64,000 nt of DNA from Pavona decussata. Taxonomy: Eukaryota. Shown here piece after piece: positions 37,831 to 50,217 of the stretch. The stretch lies in NCBI GenBank assembly GCA_977016875.1, contig CDRNST010000057.1:496001-560000 (forward strand), in the 5' to 3' direction. Numbering within the stretch: position 1 is the first letter of the stretch; each line of letters begins with the position of its first letter. Below the pieces are notes generated by a model, which was not told the DNA's origin, made no database searches, and was given only the letters and a program-made list of their open reading frames with translations. The translations under genes and the position numbers were made by a program.

Positions 37831-40800
37831 ATGGCTACGGTCAACGGCGTTGGAAGTCCGTTTCGTCCAAAGTGTGAGTATGAATAAATAGTATTTATGT
37901 CAAAGCTCATAACTTATGTTGAAATCTTTTTATCAAAATTTTAATACTGAGAACGTAATCGATCAAAGCAATACTCGCGAAACGCGATGTCATCGACTAT
38001 ATAGCATCTGCAGTTCAAGCTTACCTTGTTGGGATCTTGTGTGGTTTTGCCAAAATTTGTAATTACATCGTTACGTAGAGTAAACATTTATCACACAGGG
38101 AGTGAAAAGTTTGATTAAGCTGAAGAGTTAGTTTATCTAACACAGCAGTTTCAGCATATAGAAGCTTCATATTGATAAAATCCTTTAAAGCCGGGGTAGC
38201 AAATCAATAAAATTGATAATCTATATACAGTCGACTCCCGATAACTCGAACCCTCGCTAACTCGAACCTCGCGCTAACTCGAACCAACTTTCCTTTCCTT
38301 TCAGGTCATCTTCTATATAATTTTACCCTCGATAACTCGAAGTCCCGATTGTTCGATTTTTTTTTCAATTTCCCTTGAAGGTTCGAGTTATCGGGAGTCG
38401 ACTGTACTGTATTCAATAAAATCCGACAGAAATTAGTCAATCATATCGGAAATCGATAAAAAGGTTCGTTTTGAGTAATCGATAATCATCGATTTATAGA
38501 AACGAGCTCGCAAAATCTTGTTCGCGCTATTGTTATCCCTATTGTTTCCTTTCAACAAAGACTTACTGTATGCTGTGCGGAAATCTTTGCCAAATCGAAA
38601 GCCGCCTCATGTTATGGGGTCTTCGCTGGCACCTTCTAAATCTACATAATTAGAGTCACAATCAAACGCTGCTTCAACGAGCATAGCTTTTAAAAGCGCA
38701 AACCAATGAACAAATACCAAATTTCAATTGATTCTATAACGGACGATTAGTCCGATAAAATCTGGAAAAATTACATATTTTTGTCCGTAAAAGTGTGAGG
38801 GTTTGGAGAACCGGGCCGCATACCCCCCACCCTCCCCCCAACCAAAAATTGCAAGGTGAATCCCTCCCTCCTGGGTGTCTGGTTAACAATGCAGTGTTTG
38901 TGTATAGCTGGCAGTGACACCTCAAACTTTATAAAATAATGCAGCTGAATTAATTAAGGGACGGTGCCTACTAATACAGAAGTAATTTTGCGCGCAGTTT
39001 ATGACTTTGCAGGAAAAACAGATTTTAGCAATGGCTATTGGAATCCAAAGAGAAAATTGGGGGTAACCACATATTTTCAGAGATAATAAAGCTTCAATAT
39101 GGAAACAAATGCCATACATTGCTTTGTATTTTACTACTTTTTTTAATTATTGTTGCTTAATTATCTCTGAAAAATGTGTGGTTACCTCCAATTTTCTTTT
39201 TGGATACCAAGAGCACTTGCTAAGTTCTGCTTTCTCTGCATAGTGTTAAACCACACAAAAATATCCCTGTATAAAATTTAGTAGGCACCACTAACTATGG
39301 CACCACCCATTGAAACCTAAGTATCTTGAGATCAGAGAACGTACATGTATGCACAGTAACAAAAGTAGGCGCCGCCATTAATTTTCAAACAATATTATTA
39401 TAACTATGCCAGATCGTCCTTTCTCTCTTGGGCTCACTATTAACTAAAGAATCTTGAGGGTATCTGCTTTAAACACAAGTTATTAACAGCTGTTTTCCTT
39501 ACAGTGCACAATGCCAAGAAATTTCTGTCTCTTCAACTGTCACAAACAAGTCAGGCAATTTCTGCAGAGTTAAACCACATGCTTCGCACTCAGACTCTTG
39601 CAAGGAAAAGAAAAAAAGTCATCAATGAGATTTTTGCCACAGAAAAGACCTACCAAGACCATCTGCGTGCTGTCACTTCCGTGAGTAAAATGATGTCAAT
39701 ATCGCATAACCTCCTACTAGCTAAATTGCCTAAATGCTGTGATCTACTTTATCAATATCACCTTTTAAACACATGTATTTGTTAGTCATTTCAACCTAGG
39801 TTGCGGCTAGAGTTCATATTTATAGCCTTCCACTGTCTGAGTATTGAGTATTTCATTAATCACGAAAGCTCATCCTTTGATTAATGTTAATATATTGTAA
39901 CATATTAGTTTGGTTATGAACTGGTGGCTTTGGCTCATAAGAGAGAGAGGTTTATTTTATGATAATCATTCTTTCAGCTGATTGAGGATTTGACAACTAT
40001 GACTGTCAAATTTTGAGATCCCTCTCACTTGTATATGGTTCCTTAGCAACCTGTAATAAGTTGTTTATGCAGATTTATTCTGTGGGTCGACAATTGGAGT
40101 TTTGGGATCTGTGAGTGCTTCAGTGAAAAACTAAAAGATATAATTCATATGAATCTAAAAATTAATTTTATAATTAATGGGAACATAAAAATCAAAACAA
40201 TTCAGGAAAATCACTTTATTAAGGTGTAAAACAACCTGACAAAATGAAACTAACTTCAGTTGATATCCAAATGTTCATTTTCAGCTGTTTCTTGCACCAT
40301 TACAAGTTGCATGTATCCTTCCACAAAATGCGCTGAACACCATTTTCTCGAACATTGAAGCAATTCAGGCAGTAAACAGGGAACTGTTGAGTCACATGGA
40401 AACATTAGATCTTGGTGATGCATTTTTGTCCATGGCACCATTCATCAAACTCTACAGCACCTATGCCAACAACTTTGCTAAAGCTCAGGCTGAATTACAG
40501 GTACAATTATTGCACTCTTAAAAAATAAATTTAATGTAACTATATTTAGCATAAACTTAACGCCAAATTTCTTACTCTAGTGTTTTGAGCACACTGTGAG
40601 TTAAGGAAGATTTTAAAATAGAGAAAGAAATACCAGAGTGAGTACTGATGCAGTTTTTTTAAAGCAGACATCAACCAAAGTTTTCAGTTTAGAAGTAATG
40701 TCTAAAACACAAGCAGCAGTGTTTTATCAAGATTTAAAACCATGAGGAGCAGCTGAGTGGTTTTAGACCTGATAAAACCTGAAAACACGTGCTGCGAGAT

Positions 40801-43800
40801 TTTTGAACGGCTTCAAAAACATTCCTGGAAAAGCGTGCACAGTGTCAAGAGAGTTCATAACAATGATGTTTTTGTGAACGTTGGAAATACTAATAAGGAG
40901 GAGATTTTATCCGGTTTTAAAACCACTTTATGCGATGTTTTATCGACCATTTGATAGGTCAATGGGCTTATGAATTATTAATGAGTTTTTGAAGTACTCT
41001 GGAAGCAGTCTGAGTTCACTTTGATCCTTGTCAATGTTTAGTTTGGAGTGATACTCATTAAATGAATGTTGAAACAACAAAATAAAGTTAAGCCCCCAGT
41101 AACGGACATAGATTTTGTTTCTAGCTGCGGGAGGAAATGCCTATTGAACTAAGACCTCTTTTGACCGATTACAACTGTGTTACAGTATGTCCATGCTGTT
41201 TATTGTGGGGTTCCCTTGATTTATAAATTAAATTCCTTTGATTCATATTGTGCACTTGATTTTCATTTGGAAATTGCAGGAATGGGAAAAGAAGAGCAGC
41301 GAGTTTGCCAGATTTAAGAAAGCTCAAGAAATGCGTGAAGAATGCAAAGGATTAACACTAGGTGCCCTTTTGATTACTCCAGTACAGAGAGTTCCAAGGT
41401 ATTTATATATATTTAGATGTTAAATCACAACTGACTGACACTGGCATTTTATAAATGAAAAATATTTAGACCTGAGAGAGTTGGCATAAAAATTGTGCAT
41501 TTTCTTTTTACGAACAAATGCAAACTAATTTGAATTTTCTTTAGGTACAAGTTGTTACTTGAGAGCCTTTTGAACAAAACACCAAGGGGACATCTTGATT
41601 TTGAAAAATTGCAAGGTAAAAATATTTCCTGTTGCTCAGTTTACAAAAAGGCAATGTAAAGGCATGGTGTTGCAGTAGTTTGAGAAAGTGTGGTGGATTT
41701 CCAATCAGACAGTTTGATGAAGATTAGACTGTTGGTGGTTCAGAGGCTCGCTTGGTCTCTGTATTTCTAAATTAGTATACCTTAATAGGCACCAGCAATA
41801 TCAGGAGCCCATTACCCTCTGGGATCTGGCTCCTGGCGATATACATGTACTGCTGAGGGTACGGCGGGTCTAAAACGCAGGTAACAGGTTACAGGTACAA
41901 CATTAATACCCTAACCTAACCCAAGATAAGGGTTAGGCTTAGGGTTGTACCTGTAACCTGTTACCTATGACCTGTGACCTGCGTTTTAGACCCGCCGCTG
42001 AGGGAATTAGCCCTGCAATGGAGTAGCATCCCATCCAGGGGGAATCATTAGTAGTACTGTTGGTTGCTTCACGCTACAGAATCCACTTTTACCCTTTAAC
42101 CCCTAATATCAAAGAAGAAATTCTCGTATCTTGTCCCCATACTTTTCTTAAAGTACTATGGAGAAGTCGTTTGAAAATCAAGAAAGTTCACCTTGGGTGA
42201 TCATATCCTTAATTCTCTTGACCTCAGGGGTTGAATAAGCATTCATATTACAAGAAGAAATTTGATGCTGATCACTGTTAGGGCTTAAAGGTTTAGCTCT
42301 GGCCTTATGGGCCACTTTGGCTTGAGTACGACTGTACCTTTATCCTCAGTTTACAAAATATACAATAATCTAGTCCTTTACATAGGAAGTCGATTTTAAA
42401 AAAAATTCACAATTTAATAAAAAAAACCCAATATTTTAAAATACTAACATGTATTTCTTTTATTGTTCAGAGGCCACAGTTGAAATCAATAAAGTTGCAC
42501 ATCACATCAATGAAAATATTCGTCAGCGTGAGAATTTTCAGAAAATGCTATCAATTCAGAACGCACTGACTGGAGAGGGCGCTCCGAAAATTCTGGCTCC
42601 AGGTGATTTTAAATCTAAAAACTGCAAATGTGGGACTTACTCATCATGCAATTATCGCCATGTCTACAGTATTTTTCTCTGTTCATGCATTTTATTCCTT
42701 TTTTTCTTTTAGGGAGGCTGTTTATTAGAGAAGGGCCTTTGTTGAAGGTACAGTTGAACAAAGAGTTTTATTTTGCATCTGGCCAATAGGCCATTTCCGA
42801 GTTGCTGTGAACCTCATTATGAAAGCGAGGCTAAGTGCAAAGCTTTTCATTTGAAGATTAGTTTTGTTTGCATATGAATGAAAACTAATTTTCATGATAA
42901 AATCTTTGCACTTAGCCTATCTTTCATAATGAGGTTCACAGCAACTCGGAAATGGCCTATTGCAATTTACAGCAAATCCAGATAACGCCAGTAAGCAATC
43001 AAAACTTCTAGGAATTTTGTATTTCCTGATGGTGTCTTTCCTCCTCCACCTACGCCAAGGAAAACGCCAAAGGAAAACATACAGAAAATGTTTTCCCTTA
43101 CTTTCAACACTATCGTATATAGACAGCTCTTAACTGTTTATGGGTGTCGCTTCATTCAGCCAGGTGGGAATCCAAAGCCTGTTCCATGCGTTCAGATTAG
43201 TAAGGAGCGACGCGAAGAAAATTGCTATGCGCGCGAAGTAAAATAGGCGACGAAAAATATTGCGGGTGGGAAAAAAACGAGAAAAGACTGGGGAGAGGGG
43301 CGAAAGAACTTTTTCTCCCCAGTCCTTCTCATCGTTATTATTCGCTTTGCATCAACGCGCGGCTCCACACTATCTGAACGAGGCTTGGGAACCTATAAAT
43401 GTGGCGTCACTCAGCCACGTCCATTATATGGGCATGTCCTTGGCCACGTGCACATTCTTGGCCCAAATCATCCACGTGTTTTTCGTCCCCAGGTCTGCGG
43501 CCGAGGATCCCAGGAAAGAATGTTCTTTCTGTTTTCGGACATTCTTCTTTACGCTAAGAAGAGTGGCTCAATGGACAAGGAGCAAAGGTACGAACGCAAT
43601 TTATTTTCCCCGTCGGTTATCAAATACGTTTTCGGTCAGTCTTAGAATTCTACTTTTTTTAAAACGGCGTTCGCTTGCAAAGTTTCTCTGGTAGGTGAGT
43701 CGTGCCTTTAGTTTTGGACAAATCATTCAAAAATGTTTTGTTTTGCTTGTTAGTGTTCACGAAAGTTATGTCTGAATCATCGCTTTATTTGCCGGATCGT

Positions 43801-46800
43801 GCTTTTACTACTTCCAACCGTCGCTGACTTTACTTCGTTAATACTACTGAAAGAATATGAAAGCGTTACGTTTGGTAAATTTGGCCATTAATGTCTGTTT
43901 AAGACGCCGTACCTCTCCTCTCCCTGGTGCTGTAACATACAGTATTGATTCGGCAGAAGTTTTAATCAGCATTTCTCCGACGAGGCAAAAGTTTTCGCAT
44001 TGTTCGACACTGGACGGCTTCAATCTAGTGGAGAGGGTCGTCGGACCCAAGCCCCTAACTTATTCTCAGAGAAAATAAGGCCCGGGCAAACATTTTAATT
44101 CTAGCTGTATTTGTCTCACTTCGCGTCCTCGCACAACCACCCGCGGGCTTCCACCTTACGCGATGACCTGGTTCTGCCACTGATTCATACGCCGTACTTG
44201 TCATACTGCATGCCAACCCTACTGTTACTTAGTAAGAGAGAGGTTGGGTACGGCGTAACTTGAAAAAAAACGGTTACCGTAGTCGGTCAAATGAACCAAA
44301 GACGAGCCTGTCAGTTATTAACTTAAGGACGGTGCCTACTAATAAAGAAGTATTTTTGTGTGGTTTATGACTATACGGGGAAAGCAGATCTTAGCAAGGG
44401 CTATTGAAATCCAAAAAGAAAATTAAGGGTAACCACGCATTTTTTATAGATAATTAAGCAACAATTATTCTAAAACACAGTAAAATACAAAGCAATGTAT
44501 GGCGTTTGAAGCTTTATTATCTCTGAAAAATGCATGGTTACCCCTAAATTTCTTTTTGGATACCAATAGCACTTGCTAAGTTCTGCTTTCTCTGCATAGT
44601 TTTAAAGTGCGAAAAATATCCCTGCTAGGCACCACCTATGGGAAACCCGAGTGTCTCGAAGTGCGCAGAACGTATGCGCAGTAACAAAAGTAGGTACCGT
44701 CCTTAAAATATTTGAGACGGTGCGTGAAAGGCGCGAGGTGGGATGCCTGTTGCTTACTGTCAATTTTCACTGACACAGTTCGTACCTGTGCCGTCGTGTG
44801 TTACCTCTGATCGAGTGTGAGTTGGAACAAGTGTTAGGCGGTTCAATAGACGACAAGGAAGCTTCTGGCGCCGGGGCACTGTTCAAAGTAAGCTGTTTAA
44901 ACACAGAATTTACCCATCTATGCTTGCTTTCACGTGGGACGTAAGGCAAGAAATGGTCATTCTACTGTTTGGATATTTTTTTTTATTGCAGATAACTTGT
45001 CAAGATAAATCTTTGCTTCTTTATTCCAAGTCTCAAATGGAGGCCATTACTTGGTTCAGATGTATTAGGGATGCTATAAGGTTAGTTCGCGTGGTGGTGT
45101 TATGTTTTCTGTTTACCAAAGATCTTGTTATGAGTTTTCAAATCGCAAAACTTTTGTGGTTGAAAAATGTATGGAGAATACTGATGGATTGGGACTTGAA
45201 ATTTCCTGATGGGACGTTATATGGAGGACGTAAGCACACGATGACGAATTTTTCTTTCTCTTTCTAAACTTGGGAGCCGTCTCCAAGAATTCAACTCAAC
45301 TCCAGGAAAATTCGGCACCGACACTTGAAAAAATGCGAAATCATTTCATTTTAATAGTGACGTTTCTGCTGCCGTTGCCGTCGTCGTTGAGTCCACTTTC
45401 GTCGCTTTTCGTCAATCTCTAGAAAGAAACAAAAATTGAGATATTCGGAAAAAGTGTTGGAAAAAGTGGAATTTTTCGTTCCTTAAGTCTCGTTTACTTT
45501 GGTTTTAGTAACCTAAAAACATGCCGAGCCTCCTTACGAAAACCACACAGAGAGGACAATGAATTACTAAAAAGGTCCACTCCACTGACAAGATCCGCGG
45601 CCAAGAAAGCTCGTTTGGGACTCAGCATTATCAGACAGGTAAGCTTTCTTCAGTTCTATGTCACCACAAACTCAAACGTTGGTCGCCTGACCCAGGCGAC
45701 AAAACAGACCAGGTGAAATACCGATGTGCACTCCTGAAAGTACCGCGGCTTCACGCTTCAGGATTTCATCCACAGACTCAAAAGTTAGAACAACTTTACA
45801 CAGCATAATAAACAACAGAAAGAAATTAACCTCCCCTCCCCACCCCCCCCCCCCCAAAAAAAAAAGAAAATCCATGAGGAATTCGCCCGCAGATCTCATG
45901 TTTTGTGAAACCTGCGAAGGTGACTTACAATGTAAAGTGGCCTAAGAAACAAATTCCTAGGAAAAACCCAGCCAGCGCCGCAGACGCAATCAACCGCTGG
46001 TAAATAACGTCCCAAATCCTTGTTTTAGAACAAAGATTTGGGCGCTAATTCGCAGGCGACCAGCAGTTGATTCCGTCTGCGGCGCAGGCTAGGAAAAACC
46101 CTGTATCACCTGGGAATAAAAGCGACATCTGTAATGAACTTTTAAACTCATGTTTCCTGGCAGTTTTCACCGCTAACTAGTGTCGCAATTTTCAGGCTTC
46201 CGGTGTAGAATGTCCCAGTCCTGTAGTTTGTATCAAGGATAGCCTGTATCCTCTGCGTAAGGAGCTGTTGAACAAACCCTACCTGACCCCACCCTGGACA
46301 GCAAGCGAGAAAAACAAGGCGCAAAACCCATTCATAAGAGCAACACCACGTACAGCACCAAACACAAGAGCACGCAGCAAGGAGACGGTGATTAACTCTC
46401 CGTGGATCAAAAGCGAAACCAACAGTACTCCTTGTAGCAATTTAGTTACAGATGCAAAAAAATTGACTGGTAAAGAAGAAGAAGCTACCTGCAGCAGCGA
46501 GACAGGACAGGGGACTGGTGATGATCAAGAGGGGACAGCTGGACACAGCTTTGTTAGAACGCGGGCTCAGAAACGGAAGTTATCTTTCAAGGAGAACCGT
46601 GAAATGGAGGTTAGTTTGTTTCTGATGACATCATCGTGGCATGTTCCTACAATGTTCGCTTGCGATGGTCGGTAGCTCGAGTTTTGGTCCGATCCGTTCT
46701 GCGCTGCAGAAAAAGTCGTGGTTTCCCGCAATTTTCTTTTTAGATTCCAATATCCCTTACTAGTTTGCTATCAATGATCGTTGATCACGAGTAACATCTT

Positions 46801-48125
46801 TTTTTCTCGTATAGTCACAAACCACGCGCCGTCGTTAAGAAACCTGTGCTTCTCAGACAATCCCGAGATGCGTAGAACGCATGCGCAGTACTTAGCAAAA
46901 GGAGACACCTTCCCTAGATACCTTAAAGTTAAGGTCAACACAGTAAACGACCAGTTGACTCGTTTCTGTAGTATACAACTACTAAGCCCATGGCAGAGTT
47001 TACCCTACCCTGCGAGCAGAGAGCCCTTCCATCTTCCTAGAAAAATCGGGAAGAGGAAGGGACCTCTGCTAACCCTTCCTCTTCCCGATTTTTCTAGGAA
47101 GATCGAAGGGATCTCTGCTCGCAGGGTAACTTTACCCTTGTCACCATTTTGTTAGATTTTCTTAAGCGGTTGGCCTTTTATACAGAAGTGGAGATGCAGA
47201 GTGTAGTTGTTGGTTGGCCTTGTCTTGCCCGTCGTTCGGTTTCCTTAGATAAAAAAAATCACTCCACATTGTCTCTCCTCATTCGTCAACCTCACTCCGA
47301 GGGTGAAAGGAGGAAGAGAGAGGACTCTGGGAACGAGGTTGCTCATTCGAGTATAAATGGGTACCTGTTACATACTGCTGAGGGTACCCAAGGGATGGAC
47401 CAGCATCCCTTCCGGGGGGAGAAGCTTCATTCCATAGCCACCGGTTACGCTCAGACAATATGGGCGACCTGTGGCCTGGGACTCGTGTGGGACGTTACCG
47501 TTATACACCAGGGTGCAAAGAGAATGTGAATGTGAATGCAAAGTAAAGTTTCTTGTCCAAGGAAACAGCATAACTATACAGAATCAGGAGTCCAACCATC
47601 CACTGACACGGTAACTACCACACTTTCGTGGCCCTCCATGAGGCAAATAAACTGTTGCCAGAAAAAAAGGGGGTAGGGGAGAACATCTTATTACACTGAT
47701 CAGAGGCTACATTATGCAGCAGATAGCGGTCGTGTTTTCATTGCAGTATGTCTGATCTTGTGGCATTTATTCTTTAAGCTTTTTTCGCCACAAGAGGCCA
47801 AGAAACGTTGTTTCAGACCAAAACTAGAAGTGTCTTGTGTTCAAGCCGTTGGATCTCCTTTGAAGAAGTAAGTTAATTCACTTCAAGCGTTTGTTACGAT
47901 TACTTTAACTTGCTGTAACGTCAAATCCGTCTCAACAAGTTACTCGAATTATAGACTGGTTGCTTTCTTTTACCCTAAAAGTAGGTTAACTTACATTGAG
48001 TATTTGCGCTCTTTCGTTTCAGTGCCTACGATCAAGTGAAGCATACACCCGCCAAAATGAGAACAACAAAGTATGTAGTCAAGGACGAAGACCTCGTGCA
48101 GTCCACAACTTGTGTAGTCATGTGA
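37831..48125 (+). CDS. ARHGEF39: ARHGEF39-like Dbl-family RhoGEF (DH-PH) with long C-terminal tail ending in CaaX (CVVM), 606 aa
   Basis: Exons 37831-37873, 39505-39680, 40285-40500, 41280-41398, 41545-41615, 42471-42602, 42713-42747, 43493-43587, 44779-44887, 44992-45080, 45509-45638, 46196-46609, 47779-47867, 48023-48125 (1821 nt, all phases fit). DH: RKKVINEIFATEKTYQDHL, IFSNIEAI, LLITPVQRVPRYKLLL. PH: GRLFIREGPLLK, ERMFFLFSDILLYAK, W..CIRDAI. The short N-terminus, compact DH and CRRVLPLIECELEQVLG segment resemble ARHGEF39 more than the FGD family (no FYVE). The symbol is from recall and the last two exons are less certain. Confidence 0.85.
38226..38406. mobile_element. pogo/Tc1-type MITE, copy B, complete
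   Basis: Perfect TIRs TA-CAGTCGACTCCCGATAACTCGAACC / GGTTCGAGTTATCGGGAGTCGACTG-TA. Confidence 0.9.
38954..39381. mobile_element. TTAA-flanked MITE (GGACGGTGCCTAC TIR, Kolobok-like), copy 1
   Basis: Homologous to 44323-44706 and 49826-50217. Confidence 0.85.
41690..42340 (+). mobile_element. Old SINE interrupted by two MITEs; second copy at ~47190-47480
   Basis: Both copies share the core ACTGCTGAGGGTA..GGA..AGCATCCC.TCC.GGGG. Confidence 0.55.
41862..41997. mobile_element. Palindromic MITE with 9-bp TSD and telomere-like core
   Basis: TIR CGGCGGGTCTAAAACGCAGG / CCTGCGTTTTAGACCCGCCG; TSD CTGAGGGTA (41853-41861) / CTGAGGGAA (41998-42006). Confidence 0.9.
42785..42961. mobile_element. Palindromic MITE
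   Basis: AATAGGCCATTTCCGAGTTGCTGTGAACCTCATTATGAAAG / CTTTCATAATGAGGTTCACAGCAACTCGGAAATGGCCTATT. Confidence 0.9.
44323..44706. mobile_element. TTAA-flanked MITE, copy 2
   Basis: TTAA-GGACGGTGCCTACT ... AGTAGGTACCGTCC-TTAA. Confidence 0.9.
45969..46091. mobile_element. Short foldback MITE with perfect 9-bp TSD
   Basis: TSD GGAAAAACC at 45960-45968 and 46092-46100; arms AGCC.GCGCCGCAGACG / CGTCTGCGGCGCAGGCT. Confidence 0.85.
47006..47128. mobile_element. Short foldback MITE with 9-bp TSD
   Basis: TACCCTGCGAGCAGAGA..TCTCTGCTCGCAGGGTA; TSD AGTTTACCC / ACTTTACCC. Confidence 0.85.
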
Positions 48126-48932
48126 AGCAGGCTAACATGAAGAAGTAAACGAAAGCTGTGCAAGAATTCTTGTTAGTTTTGAGGGAGGGGTAGCTATAGG
48201 AGAGGTAGATGTAAGGGTTGAGGGTGAGGGGGTGGGTTGCGGAAGAAGGCCGGTAAGATGAATCATCTTAGCCATTAGAATTGAGCTGAGCTGTATTGGT
48301 GGTCACGGTTGTAAATATTATCTTTTTAAAGGCATTGAAACTCGCTACAACGTTTGCGCGTTGTTATGATATGATGCTAGCATGAATGCGACGCTGTCAG
48401 CCGCAAAACCGAGAAACAGCGAGAATTAATCTAGAAACTGGTAGATTTGGAGCTAATATTAGTAATAAACTTACCTGCGACTATAAAATTGTCGGAGAAA
48501 ATCGCACAATTCACAGCCGATTTCATTATTGTTTTATGACGTCTTTACACAACAAATAAAAAAAAAATGGAAACTTGGCTTGGCAATGCAACTTGGTTTC
48601 GGTGTGTTGGTAAACATGTTGGCAAACGTTTGGCGACAAGTGGCACTTGTCTCTAATCTCGTCAACTTTGTCAACAACTTCTGGAGGTTGGCAAACATGC
48701 ATCTGGCGCGCAAACGTTTGTTAAACACGAGCTGTTTACTTAAAGACAGAGCAAAGCATATAGATTAAATTGCCGTCAAATTCGGGTTTAAACAAACCTT
48801 GAAGTGTTTTGGAGGTTTGTCAGGTGAAAGCATGTGTTTGGCAAGTTTTAGAAGTTTGACAACATGATTTTGACAAGTTACGTTTCCCGTGAGAAAGCGC
48901 CTTTTGGAACACTCCAGGAGTCGTTTAATAAG

Positions 48933-49170
48933 AGAGAGTTAGAATCACGTTTACAGCAAACGGCAAACGGCAGAAATGACCACGTGACCATGTTTATCCT
49001 TCATTTGCCGCTCGCTGTTTTCAGTTTCTCAGCAAAATCGAGAAGTTTTGCGTCAGTAGCATCAACGGCCAGAATTATTTTCCCTATTTTCATCTATGTG
49101 CTAATTTCTTCAAGAAAACATAAACGCGAATCTCACTTTTGCGTTTGCCGTAAACGCGATTATAAATCTC
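48933..49170. mobile_element. MITE with imperfect TIRs
   Basis: GAGAGTTAGAATCACGTTTACAGCAAACG / CGTTTGCCGTAAACGCGATTATAAATCTC. Confidence 0.7.
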
Positions 49171-49825
49171 CAGCTTACTGTCCAAAAGATTCGACCAACA
49201 GCAACAATGAAATTGGCTGTTAGTTTATTAATTTACTTGTATTACATTAAGAGGGTAGAAACTAGCATTGGCATAACAATAACCCTCATTTTTTTCCTAA
49301 TTCAGGGTATGAGTTCTTAGTGACCTCCCGAATGAACACCGGGGGCGAATCGTGTTTGAAAAACTCAAGGAAGCACGTGTCCAGTGATAGGGGAATCGAC
49401 TTGACAAATTTGTTACGTTTTTTTCTGAGAAATCGTACGTAAAAGGTGTGGGCGTTGAATAGATAGCCCTCGGACAGTAATACAAGTAGTTTAGCTAAAC
49501 TGTAAATATTATTGACGCAGACACCGTGTGTTGTCTGGATACTCGCATACCAAATAGGCAGGTGGGAAGTGAATTTTGTGATCTATAGATTCAATATTAC
49601 ATTTTTTTAAAATTAGGAAATTATGAAGAACTCCAATAAAATAGCAGCTATTTTTCTATATGCGTACTCTTGAATATATATAGTTACCCTCTACTCGCGA
49701 CAGTGCCCTCATCAATGAAACGAAAATGAGGCTGGACTATCTCATTTTTCATTCCTAGAGCCTTTCTCAGCCTGAGTAGGCCGCTGTTGTCGGTCTTGAG
49801 AGCGAATCAACACTTTGTTGCTGTT

Positions 49826-50217
49826 TTAAGGACGGTGCCTACTAATACCGAAGTATTTTTGTGCGGCTTATGACTATGCGGGAAAAGCAGATCTTTGCAA
49901 GGGCTATTGGAATCCAAAAAGAAATTTGGGGATACCCACACATTTTTAAGAGATAATTAAGCCATCCTTATTCTAAAAAGCCGTAAAATACAAAGCAATG
50001 TGTGGCGTTTTCTACCAAATTGAAGCTTTATTATCTCTAAAAAAAAGCATGGTTACCCATTTTGGATACCAAGAGCACTTGCTGAGGTCTTCTTTCTCCG
50101 CATAGTTTTAAAGCGCGCAAAAATATCCCTGTATTAGTAGGCACCACCCATAGGAAACCCGAGTATCTCGAGATGCACAGAACGTATGCGCAGTAACAAA
50201 AGTAGGCACCGCCTTAA
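49826..50217. mobile_element. TTAA-flanked MITE, copy 3
   Basis: TTAA-GGACGGTGCCTACT ... AGTAGGCACCGCC-TTAA. Confidence 0.9.
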
